A stretch of DNA of 64,000 nt from Bugula neritina (taxonomy: Eukaryota > Animalia > Bryozoa): NCBI GenBank assembly GCA_964035545.1, contig CAXIUT010000183.1, forward strand, positions 1,674,001 through 1,738,000, read 5' to 3'. How positions within the stretch are numbered: position 1 is the first letter of the stretch; each line of letters starts with the position of its first letter. The notes under the pieces were generated by a model. It searched no databases, was not told the DNA's origin, and worked only from the letters and a program-made list of their open reading frames with translations. A program made the translations under genes and the position numbers. Shown piece by piece: positions 15,901 to 33,900 of this stretch.

Positions 15901-18900
15901 TGAAATATACTGCAACATACCTAAATGTACGGTAATATACTGAAATATACTGTAACACATTGAAAAATACTGCAACATACTGAAATACACTGTAACATAC
16001 TGAAATATACTGCAACATACTGAAATACACTGCTACATACTGAAATATACTGCAACATACTGCAACATACTGAAATACACTGTAATATACTGAAATAAAC
16101 TGCAACATAGTACAACCTATTGAAATACATTGCAACACATTGAAATATACTGCAACATACCTAAATATACGGTAATATACTGAAATATACTGTAACACGT
16201 GGAAAAAACTGCAACATACTGAAATACACTGCAACACACTGAAATACACCGCAAAATACTACAACATACTGAAATACACTGTAACATATTGAGATACACT
16301 GCAACACATTGAAATATACTGCAGCATACCGAAATATATGGTAAACTAATGAAATATACTGTAACACATTGAAAAATACCGCAACATACTGAAATATACT
16401 GCGACACATTGCAATATACTGTAACATACTGAAATATGCTGTAGCACACTGAAATACACTGCAACATCCTACAACATACTGAAATACATTGTAACATATT
16501 GAAATACACTGCAACACATTGAAATATACTGCAACATAACAAAATATATGGTAAACTACTGAAATAGACTTTAACACATTGAAAAATACTGCAACATACT
16601 GAAATATACTGTAACACACTGAAGTATACTGCAACATACTGAAATACACTGTAACATACTGAAATACACTGCAACATACTACCACATATTGAAACACACT
16701 GCAACACATAGAAATGTACTGCAACATACCGAAATATATGGTAAACTACTAAAATATACTGAAACACATTGAAAAATACTGCAACGTACTGAAATATACT
16801 GCGACACCTAGCAATATACTGTAACATACTGAAATATGCTCTAGCACACTGAAATACAATGCAACTTACTGAAATATACTGCAACATACTGAAATACACT
16901 GCAACATCCTACAATATGCTAAAATACACTGTAACATATTGAAATACACTGCAACACTTTGAAATATACTGCAACATGCCGAAATATATGGTAAACTACT
17001 GCAACATACTACAACATATTGAAATACACTGCAACACATTGAAATATACTGCAACATACCTAAATATACGGTAATATACTGAAATATACTGTAACACATT
17101 GAAAAATACTGCAACATACTGAAATATACTGTAACACACCGAAATATACAGCAACATACTGAAATACACTGTAACATACTGAAATATACTGCAACATACT
17201 GAAACACACTGCTACATACTGAAATATACTGCAACATACTGCAACATACTGCAACATACTGAAATACACTGTAACATACTGAAATAAACTGCAACATACT
17301 ACAACATATTGAAATACACTGCAACACATTGAAATATACTGCAACATACCTAAATATACGGTAATATACTGAAACTCACTGTAACGCATTGCAAAATACT
17401 GCAACATACTGAAATTCACTGCGACACACTGAAATACGCTGCAAAATACTACAACATACTGAAATAAACTGTAACATATTGAAATACACTGCAACACATT
17501 GAAAAATACTGCAACATACTGAAATATACTGTAACACACTGAAATATACTGCAACATACTGAAATACACTGTAACATACTGAAATATACTGCAACATACT
17601 GAAATACACTGCTACATACTGAAATATACTGCAACATACTGCAACATACTGCAATACACTGTAACATACTGAAATACACTGCAACATACTACAACATATT
17701 GAAATACACTGCAACACATTTAAACACACTGCAACTTACCGAATATATGGTAAACTACTGAAATATACTGTAACGCATCGAAAAGTACTGCAACATACTG
17801 AAATATATTGCGACACATTGCAATAAACTGTAACATACTGAAAAATGCTGTAGCACACTGAAATGCACTGCCATTCACTGAAATATACTGCAACATACTG
17901 AAATACACCGCAACATCCTACAACATACTGAAATACACTGTAACATAACGAAACATATGGTAAACTACTGAATTATATTTCAACACATTGAAAAATACTG
18001 CAACATACTGAAATATATTTTAACACATTGAAAAATACTGCAACATACTGAAATATACTGTAACACACTGAAGTACACTACAACTCACTGAAATATACTG
18101 CAATATACTGAAATACACTGCAACATCCTACAAAATGCTGAAATACACTGTAACATATTGAAAAAAACTGCAACATACTGAAATATACTGCGACACCTAG
18201 CAATATACTGTAACATACTGAAATATGCTCTAGCACACTGAAATACAATGCAACTCACTGAAATATACTGCAATATACTGAAATACACTGCAACATCCTA
18301 CAAAATGCTGAAATACACTGTAACATATTGAAATACACTGCAACAGATTGAAATATACTGCAACATACCGAAATATATGGTAAACTACTGAAATATACTG
18401 TAACACATTGAAAAAAACTGCAACATACTGAAATTCACTGCGACACACTGAAATACGCTGCAAAATACTACAACATACTGAAATAAACTGTAACATATTG
18501 AAATACACTGCAACACATTGAAAAATACTGCAACATACTGAAATATACTGTAACACACTGAAATATACTGCAACATACTGAAATACACTGTAACATACTG
18601 AAATATACTGCAACATACTGAAATACACTGCTACATACTGAAATATACTGCAACATACTGCAACATACTGCAATACACTGTAACATACTGAAACACACTG
18701 CAACATACTACAACATATTGAAATACACTGCAACACATTTAAACACACTGCAACTTACCGAATATATGGTAAACTACTGAAATATACTGTAACGCATTGA
18801 AAAGTACTGCAACATACTGAAATATATTGCGACACATTGCAATAAACTGTAACATACTGAAAAATGCTGTAGCACACTGAAATGCACTGCCATTCACTGC

Positions 18901-21900
18901 AATATACTGCAACATACTGAAATACACCGCAACATCCTACAACATACTGAAATACACTGTAACATAACGAAACATATGGTAAACTACTGAAATATATTTT
19001 AACACATTGAAAAATACTGCAACATACTGAAATATATTTTAACACATTGAAAAATACTGCAACATACTGAAATATACTGTAACACACTGAAGTACACTGC
19101 AACTCACTGAAATATACTGCAATATACTGAAATACACTGCAACATCCTACAAAATGCTGAAATACACTGTAACATATTGAAAAAAACTGCAACATACTGA
19201 AATATACTGCGACACCTAGCAATATACTGTAACATACTGAAATATGCTCTAGCACACTGAAATACAATGCAACTCACTGAAATATACTGCAATATACTGA
19301 AATACACTGCAACATCCTACAAAATGCTGAAATACACTGTAACATATTGAAATACACTGCAACAGATTGAAATATACTGCAACATACCGAAATATATGTA
19401 AACTACTGAAATATACTGTAACACATTGAAAAAAACTGCAACATACTGAAATATACTGCGACACCTAGCAATATACTGTAACATACTGAAATATGCTCTA
19501 GCACACTGAAATACAATGCAACTCACTGAAATATACTGCAACATACTGAAATACACTGCAACATCCTACAACATGCTGAAATACACTGTAACATACTGAA
19601 ATACACTGCTACATACTGAAATATACTGCAACATACTGCAACATACTGAAATACACTGTAATATACTGAAATAAACTGCAACATAGTACAACATATTGAA
19701 ATACATTGCAACACATTGAAATATACTGCAACATACCTAAATATACGGTAATATACTGAAATATACTGTAACACGTGGAAAAAACTGCAACATACTGAAA
19801 TACACTGCAACACACTGAAATACACCGCAAAATACTACAACATACTGAAATACACTGTAACATATTGATATACACTGCAACACATTGAAATATACTGCAG
19901 CATACCGAAATATATGGTAAACTAATGAAATATACTGTAACACATTGAAAAATACCGCAACATACTGAAATATACTGCGACACATTGCAATATACTGTAA
20001 CATACTGAAATATGCTGTAGCACACTGAAATACACTGCAACATCCTACAACATACTGAAATACATTGTAACATATTGAAATACACTGCAACACATTGAAA
20101 TATACTGCAACATAACAAAATATATGGTAAACTACTGAAATAGACTTTAACACATTGAAAAATACTGCAACATACTGAAATATACTGTAACACACTGAAG
20201 TATACTGCAACATACTGAAATACACTGTAACATACTGAAATACACTGCAACATACTACCACATATTGAAACACACTGCAACACATAGAAATGTACTGCAA
20301 CATACCGAAATATATGGTAAACTACTAAAATATACTGAAACACATTGAAAAATACTGCAACGTACTGAAATATACTGCGACACCTAGCAATATACTGTAA
20401 CATACTGAAATATGCTCTAGCACACTGAAATACAATGCAACTTACTGAAATATACTGCAACATACTGAAATACACTGCAACATCCTACAATATGCTAAAA
20501 TACACTGTAACATATTGAAGTACACTGCAACACTTTGAAATATACTGCAACATGCCGAAATATATGGTAAACTACTGCAACATACTACAACATATTGAAA
20601 TACACTGCAACACATTGAAATATACTGCAACATACCTAAATATACGGTAATATACTGAAATATACTGTAACACACCGAAATATACAGCAACATACTGAAA
20701 TACACTGTAACATACTGAAATATACTGCAACATACTGAAACACACTGCTACATACTGAAATATACTGCAACATACTGAAATACACTGTAACATACTGAAA
20801 TAAACTGCAACATACTACAACATATTGAAATACACTGCAACACATTGAAATATACTGCAACATACCTAAATATACAGTAATATACTGAAATTCACTGTAA
20901 CGCATTGCAAAATACTGCAACATACTGAAATTCACTGCGACACACTGAAATACGCTGCAAAATACTACAACATACTGAAATAAACTGTAACATATTGAAA
21001 TACACTGCAACACATTGAAAAATACTGCAACATACTGAAATATACTGTAACACACTGAAATATACTGCAACATACTGAAATACACTGTAACATACTGAAA
21101 TATACTGCGACACCTAGCAATATACTGTAACATACTGAAATATGCTCTAGCACACTGAAATACAATGCAACTCACTGAAATATACTGCAACATACTGAAA
21201 TACACTGCAACATCCTACAACATGCTGAAATACACTGTAACATATTGAAATACACTGCAACACTTTGAAATATACTGCAACATACCGAAATATATGGTAA
21301 ACTACTGCAACACACTACAACATATTGAAATACACTGCAACATACCTAAATATACGGTAATATACTGAAATATACTGTAACACATCGAAATATACTGCAA
21401 CATACTGAAATACACTGTAACATACTGAAATATACTGCAACATACTGAAATACACTGCTACATACTGAAATATACTGCAACATACTGCAACATACTGAAA
21501 TACACTGTAACATACTGAAATAAACTGCAACATACTACAACATATTGAAATACACTGCAACACAATGAAATATACTGCAACATACCTAAATATACGGTAA
21601 TATACTGAAATATACTGTATCACATTGAAAAAACTGCAACATACTGAAATACACTGCAACACACTGAAATACATCGCAAAATACTACAACATACTGAAAT
21701 ACACTGTAACATATTGAAATCCAGTGCAACACATTTAAATATACTGCAACATACCGAAATATATGGTAAACTAATGAAATATACTGTAACACAATGAAAA
21801 ATACCGCAACATACTAAAATATACTGCGACACATTGCAATATACTGTAACATACTGAAATATGCTGTAGCACACTGAAATACACTGCAACACCCTACAAC

Positions 21901-24900
21901 ATACTGAAATACACTGTAACATATTGAAATACACCGCAAGAAATTGAAATAGACTGCAACACAACAAAATATATGGTAAACTACTGAAATAGACTTTAAC
22001 ACTTTGAAAAATACTGCAACATACAGAAATATACTGTAACACACTGAAATATACTGCAACATACTGAAATACACTGTAACATACTGAAATATACTGCAAC
22101 ATACTGAAATATACTGCAACATACTGCAACATACTGCAACATACTGAAATACGCTGTAACATACTGAAATACACTGCAACATACTACAACATATTGAAAT
22201 ACACTGCAACACATTGAAATGTACTGCAACATACCGAAATATACGGTAATATACTGAAATATACAGTAACACATTGAAAAATACTGCAACATACTGAAAT
22301 ACACTGTAACATATTGAAGTACACTGCAACACATTTAAATATACTGCAACATACCAAAATATATGGTAAACAACTGAAATATACTTTAACACATTGAAAA
22401 ATACTGCAACATACTGAAATATATTGCGACACATTGCAATATACTGTAACATAACGAAATATGCTCTAGCACACTGAAATACACTGCAACTCACTGAAAT
22501 ATACTGCAACATACTGAAATACACTGTGACATACTGAAATATACTGCAACATATTGAAATACACTGCTACATACCGAAATATACTGCAACATACTGCAAA
22601 ATACTGAAATACACTGCAGCATACTACAACATACTGAAATACTCTGCAACACATTGAAATATACTGCAACATACCTAAATATACGGTAATATACCGAAAT
22701 ATACTGTAACGCATTGCAAAATACTGCAACAAACTGAAATACACTGCGACACACTGAAATACGCTGCAAAATACTACAACACACTGAAATAAACTGTAAC
22801 ATATTGAAATACACTGCAGCACATTGAAAAATACTGCAACATACTGAAATATACTGTAACACACTGAAATATACTGCAACATACTGAAATACACTGTAAC
22901 ATACTGAAATATACTGCAACATACTGAAATACACTGCTACATACTGAAATATACTGCAACATACTGCAACATACTGCAATACACTGTAACATACTGAAAT
23001 ACACTGCAACATACTACAACATACTGAAATACACTGCAACACAGTGAAATATACTGCAACATACCTAAATATACGGTAATATACAGAAATGTACTGTAAC
23101 ATACTGGAACATACTGTAACACACGGAAATATACTACAAAACACTGAAATACACTGCAACATACTGAAATACGCTGTAACATACTGAAATACACTGCAAC
23201 ATCCTACAAAATGCTGAAATACACTGTAACATATTGAAATACACTGCAACACATTGAAATATACTGCAACATACCGAAATATATGGTAAACTACTGAAAT
23301 ATACTGTAACACATTGAAAAATACTGCAACATACTGAAATATACTGCGACACCTAGCAATATACTGTAACATACTGAAATATGCTCTAGCATACTGAAAT
23401 ACAATGCAACATACTGAAATATACTGCAACATACTGAAATACACTGCAACATCCTACAACATGCTGAAATACACTGTAACATATTGAAATACACTGCAAC
23501 ACTTTGAAATATACTGCAACATACCGAAATATATGGTAAAATACTGCAACATACTACAGCATATTGAAATACACTGCAACACATTGAAATATACTGCAAC
23601 ATACCTAAATGTACGGTAATATACTGAAATATACTGTAACACATTGAAAAATACTGCAACATACTGAAATACACTGTAACATACTGAAATATACTGCAAC
23701 ATACTGAAATACACTGCTACATACTGAAATATACTGCAACATACTGCAACATACTGAAATACACTGTAATATACTGAAATAAACTGCAACATAGTACAAC
23801 ATATTGAAATACATTGCAACACATTGAAATATACTGCAACATACCTAAATATACGGTAATATACTGAAATATACTGTAACACGTGGAAAAAACTGCAACA
23901 TACTGAAATACACTGCAACACACTGAAATACACCGCAAAATACTACAACATACTGAAATACACTGTAACATATTGAGATACACTGCAACACATTGAAATA
24001 TACTGCAGCATACCGAAATATATGGTAAACTAATGAAATATACTGTAACACATTGAAAAATACCGCAACATACTGAAATATACTGCGACACATTGCAATA
24101 TACTGTAACATACTGAAATATGCTGTAGCACACTGAAATACACTGCAACATCCTACAACATACTGAAATACATTGTAACATATTGAAATACACTGCAACA
24201 CATTGAAATATACTGCAACATAACAAAATATATGGTAAACTACTGAAATAGACTTTAACACATTGAAAAATACTGCAACATACTGAAATATACTGTAACA
24301 CACTGAAGTATACTGCAACATACTGAAATACACTGTAACATACTGAAATACACTGCAACATACTACCACATATTGAAACACACTGCAACACATAGAAATG
24401 TACTGCAACATAACGAAATATATGGTAAACTACTAAAATATACTGAAACACATTGAAAAATACTGCAACGTACTGAAATATACTGCGACACCTAGCAATA
24501 TACTGTAACATACTGAAATATGCTCTAGCACACTGAAATACAATGCAACTTACTGAAATATACTGCAACATACTGAAATACACTGCAACATCCTACAATA
24601 TGCTAAAATACACTGTAACATATTGAAATACACTGCAACACTTTGAAATATACTGCAACATGCCGAAATATATGGTAAACTACTGCAACATACTACAACA
24701 TATTGAAATACACTGCAACACATTGAAATATACTGCAACATACCTAAATATACGGTAATATACTGAAATATACTGTAACACATTGAAAAATACTGCAACA
24801 TACTGAAATATACTGTAACACACCGAAATATACAGCAACATACTGAAATACACTGTAACATACTGAAATATACTGCAACATACTGAAACACACTGCTACA

Positions 24901-27900
24901 TACTGAAATATACTGCAACATACTGCAACATACTGCAACATACTGAAATACACTGTAACATACTGAAATAAACTGCAACATACTACAACATATTGAAATA
25001 CACTGCAACACATTGAAATATACTGCAACATACCTAAATATACGGTAATATACTGAAACTCACTGTAACGCATTGCAAAATACTGCAACATACTGAAATT
25101 CACTGCGACACACTGAAATACGCTGCAAAATACTACAACATACTGAAATAAACTGTAACATATTGAAATACACTGCAACTTATTGAAAAATACTGCAACA
25201 TACTGAAATATACTGTAACACACTGAAATATACTGCAACATACTGAAATACACTGTAACATACTGAAATATACTGCAACATACTGAAATACACTGCTACA
25301 TACTGAAATATACTGCAACATACTGCAACATACTGCAATACACTGTAACATACTGAAATACACTGCAACATACTACAACATATTGAAATACACTGCAACA
25401 CATTTAAACACACTGCAACTTACCGAATATATGGTAAACTACTGAAATATACTGTAACGCATCGAAAAGTACTGCAACATACTGAAATATATTGCGACAC
25501 ATTGCAATAAACTGTAACATACTGAAAAATGCTGTAGCACACTGAAATGCACTGCCATTCACTGAAATATACTGCAACATACTGAAATACACCGCAACAT
25601 CCTACAACATACTGAAATACACTGTAACATAACGAAACATATGGTAAACTACTGAATTATATTTCAACACATTGAAAAATACTGCAACATACTGAAATAT
25701 ATTTTAACACATTGAAAAATACTGCAACATACTGAAATATACTGTAACACACTGAAGTACACTACAACTCACTGAAATATACTGCAATATACTGAAATAC
25801 ACTGCAACATCCTACAAAATGCTGAAATACACTGTAACATATTGAAAAAAACTGCAACATACTGAAATATACTGCGACACCTAGCAATATACTGTAACAT
25901 ACTGAAATATGCTCTAGCACACTGAAATACAATGCAACTCACTGAAATATACTGCAATATACTGAAATACACTGCAACATCCTACAAAATGCTGAAATAC
26001 ACTGTAACATATTGAAATACACTGCAACAGATTGAAATATACTGCAACATACCGAAATATATGGTAAACTACTGAAATATACTGTAACACATTGAAAAAA
26101 ACTGCAACATACTGAAATTCACTGCGACACACTGAAATACGCTGCAAAATACTACAACATACTGAAATAAACTGTAACATATTGAAATACACTGCAACAA
26201 ATTGAAAAATACTGCAACATACTGAAATATACTGTAACACACTGAAATATACTGCAACATACTGAAATACACTGTAACATACTGAAATATACTGCAACAT
26301 ACTGAAATACACTGCTACATACTGAAATATACTGCAACATACTGCAACATACTGCAATACACTGTAACATACTGAAACACACTGCAACATACTACAACAT
26401 ATTGAAATACACTGCAACACATTTAAACACACTGCAACTTACCGAATATATGGTAAACTACTGAAATATACTGTAACGCATTGAAAAGTACTGCAACATA
26501 CTGAAATATATTGCGACACATTGCAATAAACTGTAACATACTGAAAAATGCTGTAGCACACTGAAATGCACTGCCATTCACTGCAATATACTGCAACATA
26601 CTGAAATACACCGCAACATCCTACAACATACTGAAATACACTGTAACATAACGAAACATATGGTAAACTACTGAAATATATTTTAACACATTGAAAAATA
26701 CTGCAACATACTGAAATATATTTTAACACATTGAAAAATACTGCAACATACTGAAATATACTGTAACACACTGAAGTACACTGCAACTCACTGAAATATA
26801 CTGCAATATACTGAAATACACTGCAACATCCTACAAAATGCTGAAATACACTGTAACATATTGAAAAAAACTGCAACATACTGAAATATACTGCGACACC
26901 TAGCAATATACTGTAACATACTGAAATATGCTCTAGCACACTGAAATACAATGCAACTCACTGAAATATACTGCAATATACTGAAATACACTGCAACATC
27001 CTACAAAATGCTGAAATACACTGTAACATATTGAAATACACTGCAACAGATTGAAATATACTGCAACATACCGAAATATATGTAAACTACTGAAATATAC
27101 TGTAACACATTGAAAAAAACTGCAACATACTGAAATATACTGCGACACCTAGCAATATACTGTAACATACTGAAATATGCTCTAGCACACTGAAATACAA
27201 TGCAACTCACTGAAATATACTGCAACATACTGAAATACACTGCAACATCCTACAACATGCTGAAATACACTGTAACATACTGAAATACACTGCTACATAC
27301 TGAAATATACTGCAACATACTGCAACATACTGAAATACACTGTAATATACTGAAATAAACTGCAACATAGTACAACATATTGAAATACATTGCAACACAT
27401 TGAAATATACTGCAACATACCTAAATATACGGTAATATACTGAAATATACTGTAACACGTGGAAAAAACTGCAACATACTGAAATACACTGCAACACACT
27501 GAAATACACCGCAAAATACTACAACATACTGAAATACACTGTAACATATTGATATACACTGCAACACATTGAAATATACTGCAGCATACCGAAATATATG
27601 GTAAACTAATGAAATATACTGTAACACATTGAAAAATACCGCAACATACTGAAATATACTGCGACACATTGCAATATACTGTAACATACTGAAATATGCT
27701 GTAGCACACTGAAATACACTGCAACATCCTACAACATACTGAAATACATTGTAACATATTGAAATACACTGCAACACATTGAAATATACTGCAACATAAC
27801 AAAATATATGGTAAACTACTGAAATAGACTTTAACACATTGAAAAATACTGCAACATACTGAAATATACTGTAACACACTGAAGTATACTGCAACATACT

Positions 27901-30900
27901 GAAATACACTGTAACATACTGAAATACACTGCAACATACTACCACATATTGAAACACACTGCAACACATAGAAATGTACTGCAACATACCGAAATATATG
28001 GTAAACTACTAAAATATACTGAAACACATTGAAAAATACTGCAACGTACTGAAATATACTGCGACACCTAGCAATATACTGTAACATACTGAAATATGCT
28101 CTAGCACACTGAAATACAATGCAACTTACTGAAATATACTGCAACATACTGAAATACACTGCAACATCCTACAATATGCTAAAATACCTGTAACATATTG
28201 AAGTACACTGCAACACTTTGAAATATACTGCAACATGCCGAAATATATGGTAAACTACTGCAACATACTACAACATATTGAAATACACTGCAACACATTG
28301 AAATATACTGCAACATACCTAAATATACGGTAATATACTGAAATATACTGTAACACACCGAAATATACAGCAACATACTGAAATACACTGTAACATACTG
28401 AAATATACTGCAACATACTGAAACACACTGCTACATACTGAAATATACTGCAACATACTGCAACATACTGAAATACACTGTAACATACTGAAATAAACTG
28501 CAACATACTACAACATATTGAAATACACTGCAACACATTGAAATATACTGCAACATACCTAAATATACAGTAATATACTGAAATTCACTGTAACGCATTG
28601 CAAAATACTGCAACATACTGAAATTCACTGCGACACACTGAAATACGCTGCAAAATACTACAACATACTGAAATAAACTGTAACATATTGAAATACACTG
28701 CAACACATTGAAAAATACTGCAACATACTGAAATATACTGTAACACACTGAAATATACTGCAACATACTGAAATACACTGTAACATACTGAAATATACTG
28801 CGACACCTAGCAATATACTGTAACATACTGAAATATGCTCTAGCACACTGAAATACAATGCAACTCACTGAAATATACTGCAACATACTGAAATACACTG
28901 CAACATCCTACAACATGCTGAAATACACTGTAACATATTGAAATACACTGCAACACTTTGAAATATACTGCAACATACCGAAATATATGGTAAACTACTG
29001 CAACACACTACAACATATTGAAATACACTGCAACATACCTAAATATACGGTAATATACTGAAATATACTGTAACACATCGAAATATACTGCAACATACTG
29101 AAATACACTGTAACATACTGAAATATACTGCAACATACTGAAATACACTGCTACATACTGAAATATACTGCAACATACTGCAACATACTGAAATACACTG
29201 TAACATACTGAAATAAACTGCAACATACTACAACATATTGAAATACACTGCAACACAATGAAATATACTGCAACATACCTAAATATACGGTAATATACTG
29301 AAATATACTGTATCACATTGAAAAAACTGCAACATACTGAAATACACTGCAACACACTGAAATACATCGCAAAATACTACAACATACTGAAATACACTGT
29401 AACATATTGAAATCCAGTGCAACACATTTAAATATACTGCAACATACCGAAATATATGGTAAACTAATGAAATATACTGTAACACAATGAAAAATACCGC
29501 AACATACTAAAATATACTGCGACACATTGCAATATACTGTAACATACTGAAATATGCTGTAGCACACTGAAATACACTGCAACACCCTACAACATACTGA
29601 AATACACTGTAACATATTGAAATACACCGCAAGAAATTGAAATAGACTGCAACACAACAAAATATATGGTAAACTACTGAAATAGACTTTAACACTTTGA
29701 AAAATACTGCAACATACAGAAATATACTGTAACACACTGAAATATACTGCAACATACTGAAATACACTGTAACATACTGAAATATACTGCAACATACTGA
29801 AATATACTGCAACATACTGCAACATACTGCAACATACTGAAATACGCTGTAACATACTGAAATACACTGCAACATACTACAACATATTGAAATACACTGC
29901 AACACATTGAAATGTACTGCAACATACCGAAATATACGGTAATATACTGAAATATACAGTAACACATTGAAAAATACTGCAACATACTGAAATACACTGT
30001 AACATATTGAAGTACACTGCAACACATTTAAATATACTGCAACATACCAAAATATATGGTAAACAACTGAAATATACTTTAACACATTGAAAAATACTGC
30101 AACATACTGAAATATATTGCGACACATTGCAATATACTGTAACATAACGAAATATGCTCTAGCACACTGAAATACACTGCAACTCACTGAAATATACTGC
30201 AACATACTGAAATACACTGTGACATACTGAAATATACTGCAACATATTGAAATACACTGCTACATACCGAAATATACTGCAACATACTGCAAAATACTGA
30301 AATACACTGCAGCATACTACAACATACTGAAATACTCTGCAACACATTGAAATATACTGCAACATACCTAAATATACGGTAATATACCGAAATATACTGT
30401 AACGCATTGCAAAATACTGCAACAAACTGAAATACACTGCGACACACTGAAATACGCTGCAAAATACTACAACACACTGAAATAAACTGTAACATATTGA
30501 AATACACTGCAGCACATTGAAAAATACTGCAACATACTGAAATATACTGTAACACACTGAAATATACTGCAACATACTGAAATACACTGTAACATACTGA
30601 AATATACTGCAACATACTGAAATACACTGCTACATACTGAAATATACTGCAACATACTGCAACATACTGCAATACACTGTAACATACTGAAATACACTGC
30701 AACATACTACAACATACTGAAATACACTGCAACACAGTGAAATATACTGCAACATACCTAAATATACGGTAATATACAGAAATGTACTGTAACATACTGG
30801 AACATACTGTAACACACGGAAATATACTACAAAACACTGAAATACACTGCAACATACTGAAATACGCTGTAACATACTGAAATACACTGCAACATCCTAC

Positions 30901-33900
30901 AAAATGCTGAAATACACTGTAACATATTGAAATACACTGCAACACATTGAAATATACTGCAACATACCGAAATATATGGTAAACTACTGAAATATACTGT
31001 AACACATTGAAAAATACTGCAACATACTGAAATATACTGCGACACCTAGCAATATACTGTAACATACTGAAATATGCTCTAGCATACTGAAATACAATGC
31101 AACATACTGAAATATACTGCAACATACTGAAATACACTGCAACATCCTACAACATGCTGAAATACACTGTAACATATTGAAATACACTGCAACACTTTGA
31201 AATATACTGCAACATACCGAAATATATGGTAAAATACTGCAACATACTACAGCATATTGAAATACACTGCAACACATTGAAATATACTGCAACATACCTA
31301 AATGTACGGTAATATACTGAAATATACTGTAACACATTGAAAAATACTGCAACATACTGAAATACACTGTAACATACTGAAATATACTGCAACATACTGA
31401 AATACACTGCTACATACTGAAATATACTGCAACATACTGCAACATACTGAAATACACTGTAATATACTGAAATAAACTGCAACATAGTACAACATATTGA
31501 AATACATTGCAACACATTGAAATATACTGCAACATACCTAAATATACGGTAATATACTGAAATATACTGTAACACGTGGAAAAAACTGCAACATACTGAA
31601 ATACACTGCAACACACTGAAATACACCGCAAAATACTACAACATACTGAAATACACTGTAACATATTGAGATACACTGCAACACATTGAAATATACTGCA
31701 GCATACCGAAATATATGGTAAACTAATGAAATATACTGTAACACATTGAAAAATACCGCAACATACTGAAATATACTGCGACACATTGCAATATACTGTA
31801 ACATACTGAAATATGCTGTAGCACACTGAAATACACTGCAACATCCTACAACATACTGAAATACATTGTAACATATTGAAATACACTGCAACACATTGAA
31901 ATATACTGCAACATAACAAAATATATGGTAAACTACTGAAATAGACTTTAACACATTGAAAAATACTGCAACATACTGAAATATACTGTAACACACTGAA
32001 GTATACTGCAACATACTGAAATACACTGTAACATACTGAAATACACTGCAACATACTACCACATATTGAAACACACTGCAACACATAGAAATGTACTGCA
32101 ACATAACGAAATATATGGTAAACTACTAAAATATACTGAAACACATTGAAAAATACTGCAACGTACTGAAATATACTGCGACACCTAGCAATATACTGTA
32201 ACATACTGAAATATGCTCTAGCACACTGAAATACAATGCAACTTACTGAAATATACTGCAACATACTGAAATACACTGCAACATCCTACAATATGCTAAA
32301 ATACACTGTAACATATTGAAATACACTGCAACACTTTGAAATATACTGCAACATGCCGAAATATATGGTAAACTACTGCAACATACTACAACATATTGAA
32401 ATACACTGCAACACATTGAAATATACTGCAACATACCTAAATATACGGTAATATACTGAAATATACTGTAACACATTGAAAAATACTGCAACATACTGAA
32501 ATATACTGTAACACACCGAAATATACAGCAACATACTGAAATACACTGTAACATACTGAAATATACTGCAACATACTGAAACACACTGCTACATACTGAA
32601 ATATACTGCAACATACTGCAACATACTGCAACATACTGAAATACACTGTAACATACTGAAATAAACTGCAACATACTACAACATATTGAAATACACTGCA
32701 ACACATTGAAATATACTGCAACATACCTAAATATACGGTAATATACTGAAACTCACTGTAACGCATTGCAAAATACTGCAACATACTGAAATTCACTGCG
32801 ACACACTGAAATACGCTGCAAAATACTACAACATACTGAAATAAACTGTAACATATTGAAATACACTGCAACTTATTGAAAAATACTGCAACATACTGAA
32901 ATATACTGTAACACACTGAAATATACTGCAACATACTGAAATACACTGTAACATACTGAAATATACTGCAACATACTGAAATACACTGCTACATACTGAA
33001 ATATACTGCAACATACTGCAACATACTGCAATACACTGTAACATACTGAAATACACTGCAACATACTACAACATATTGAAATACACTGCAACACATTTAA
33101 ACACACTGCAACTTACCGAATATATGGTAAACTACTGAAATATACTGTAACGCATCGAAAAGTACTGCAACATACTGAAATATATTGCGACACATTGCAA
33201 TAAACTGTAACATACTGAAAAATGCTGTAGCACACTGAAATGCACTGCCATTCACTGAAATATACTGCAACATACTGAAATACACCGCAACATCCTACAA
33301 CATACTGAAATACACTGTAACATAACGAAACATATGGTAAACTACTGAATTATATTTCAACACATTGAAAAATACTGCAACATACTGAAATATATTTTAA
33401 CACATTGAAAAATACTGCAACATACTGAAATATACTGTAACACACTGAAGTACACTACAACTCACTGAAATATACTGCAATATACTGAAATACACTGCAA
33501 CATCCTACAAAATGCTGAAATACACTGTAACATATTGAAAAAAACTGCAACATACTGAAATATACTGCGACACCTAGCAATATACTGTAACATACTGAAA
33601 TATGCTCTAGCACACTGAAATACAATGCAACTCACTGAAATATACTGCAATATACTGAAATACACTGCAACATCCTACAAAATGCTGAAATACACTGTAA
33701 CATATTGAAATACACTGCAACAGATTGAAATATACTGCAACATACCGAAATATATGGTAAACTACTGAAATATACTGTAACACATTGAAAAAAACTGCAA
33801 CATACTGAAATTCACTGCGACACACTGAAATACGCTGCAAAATACTACAACATACTGAAATAAACTGTAACATATTGAAATACACTGCAACAAATTGAAA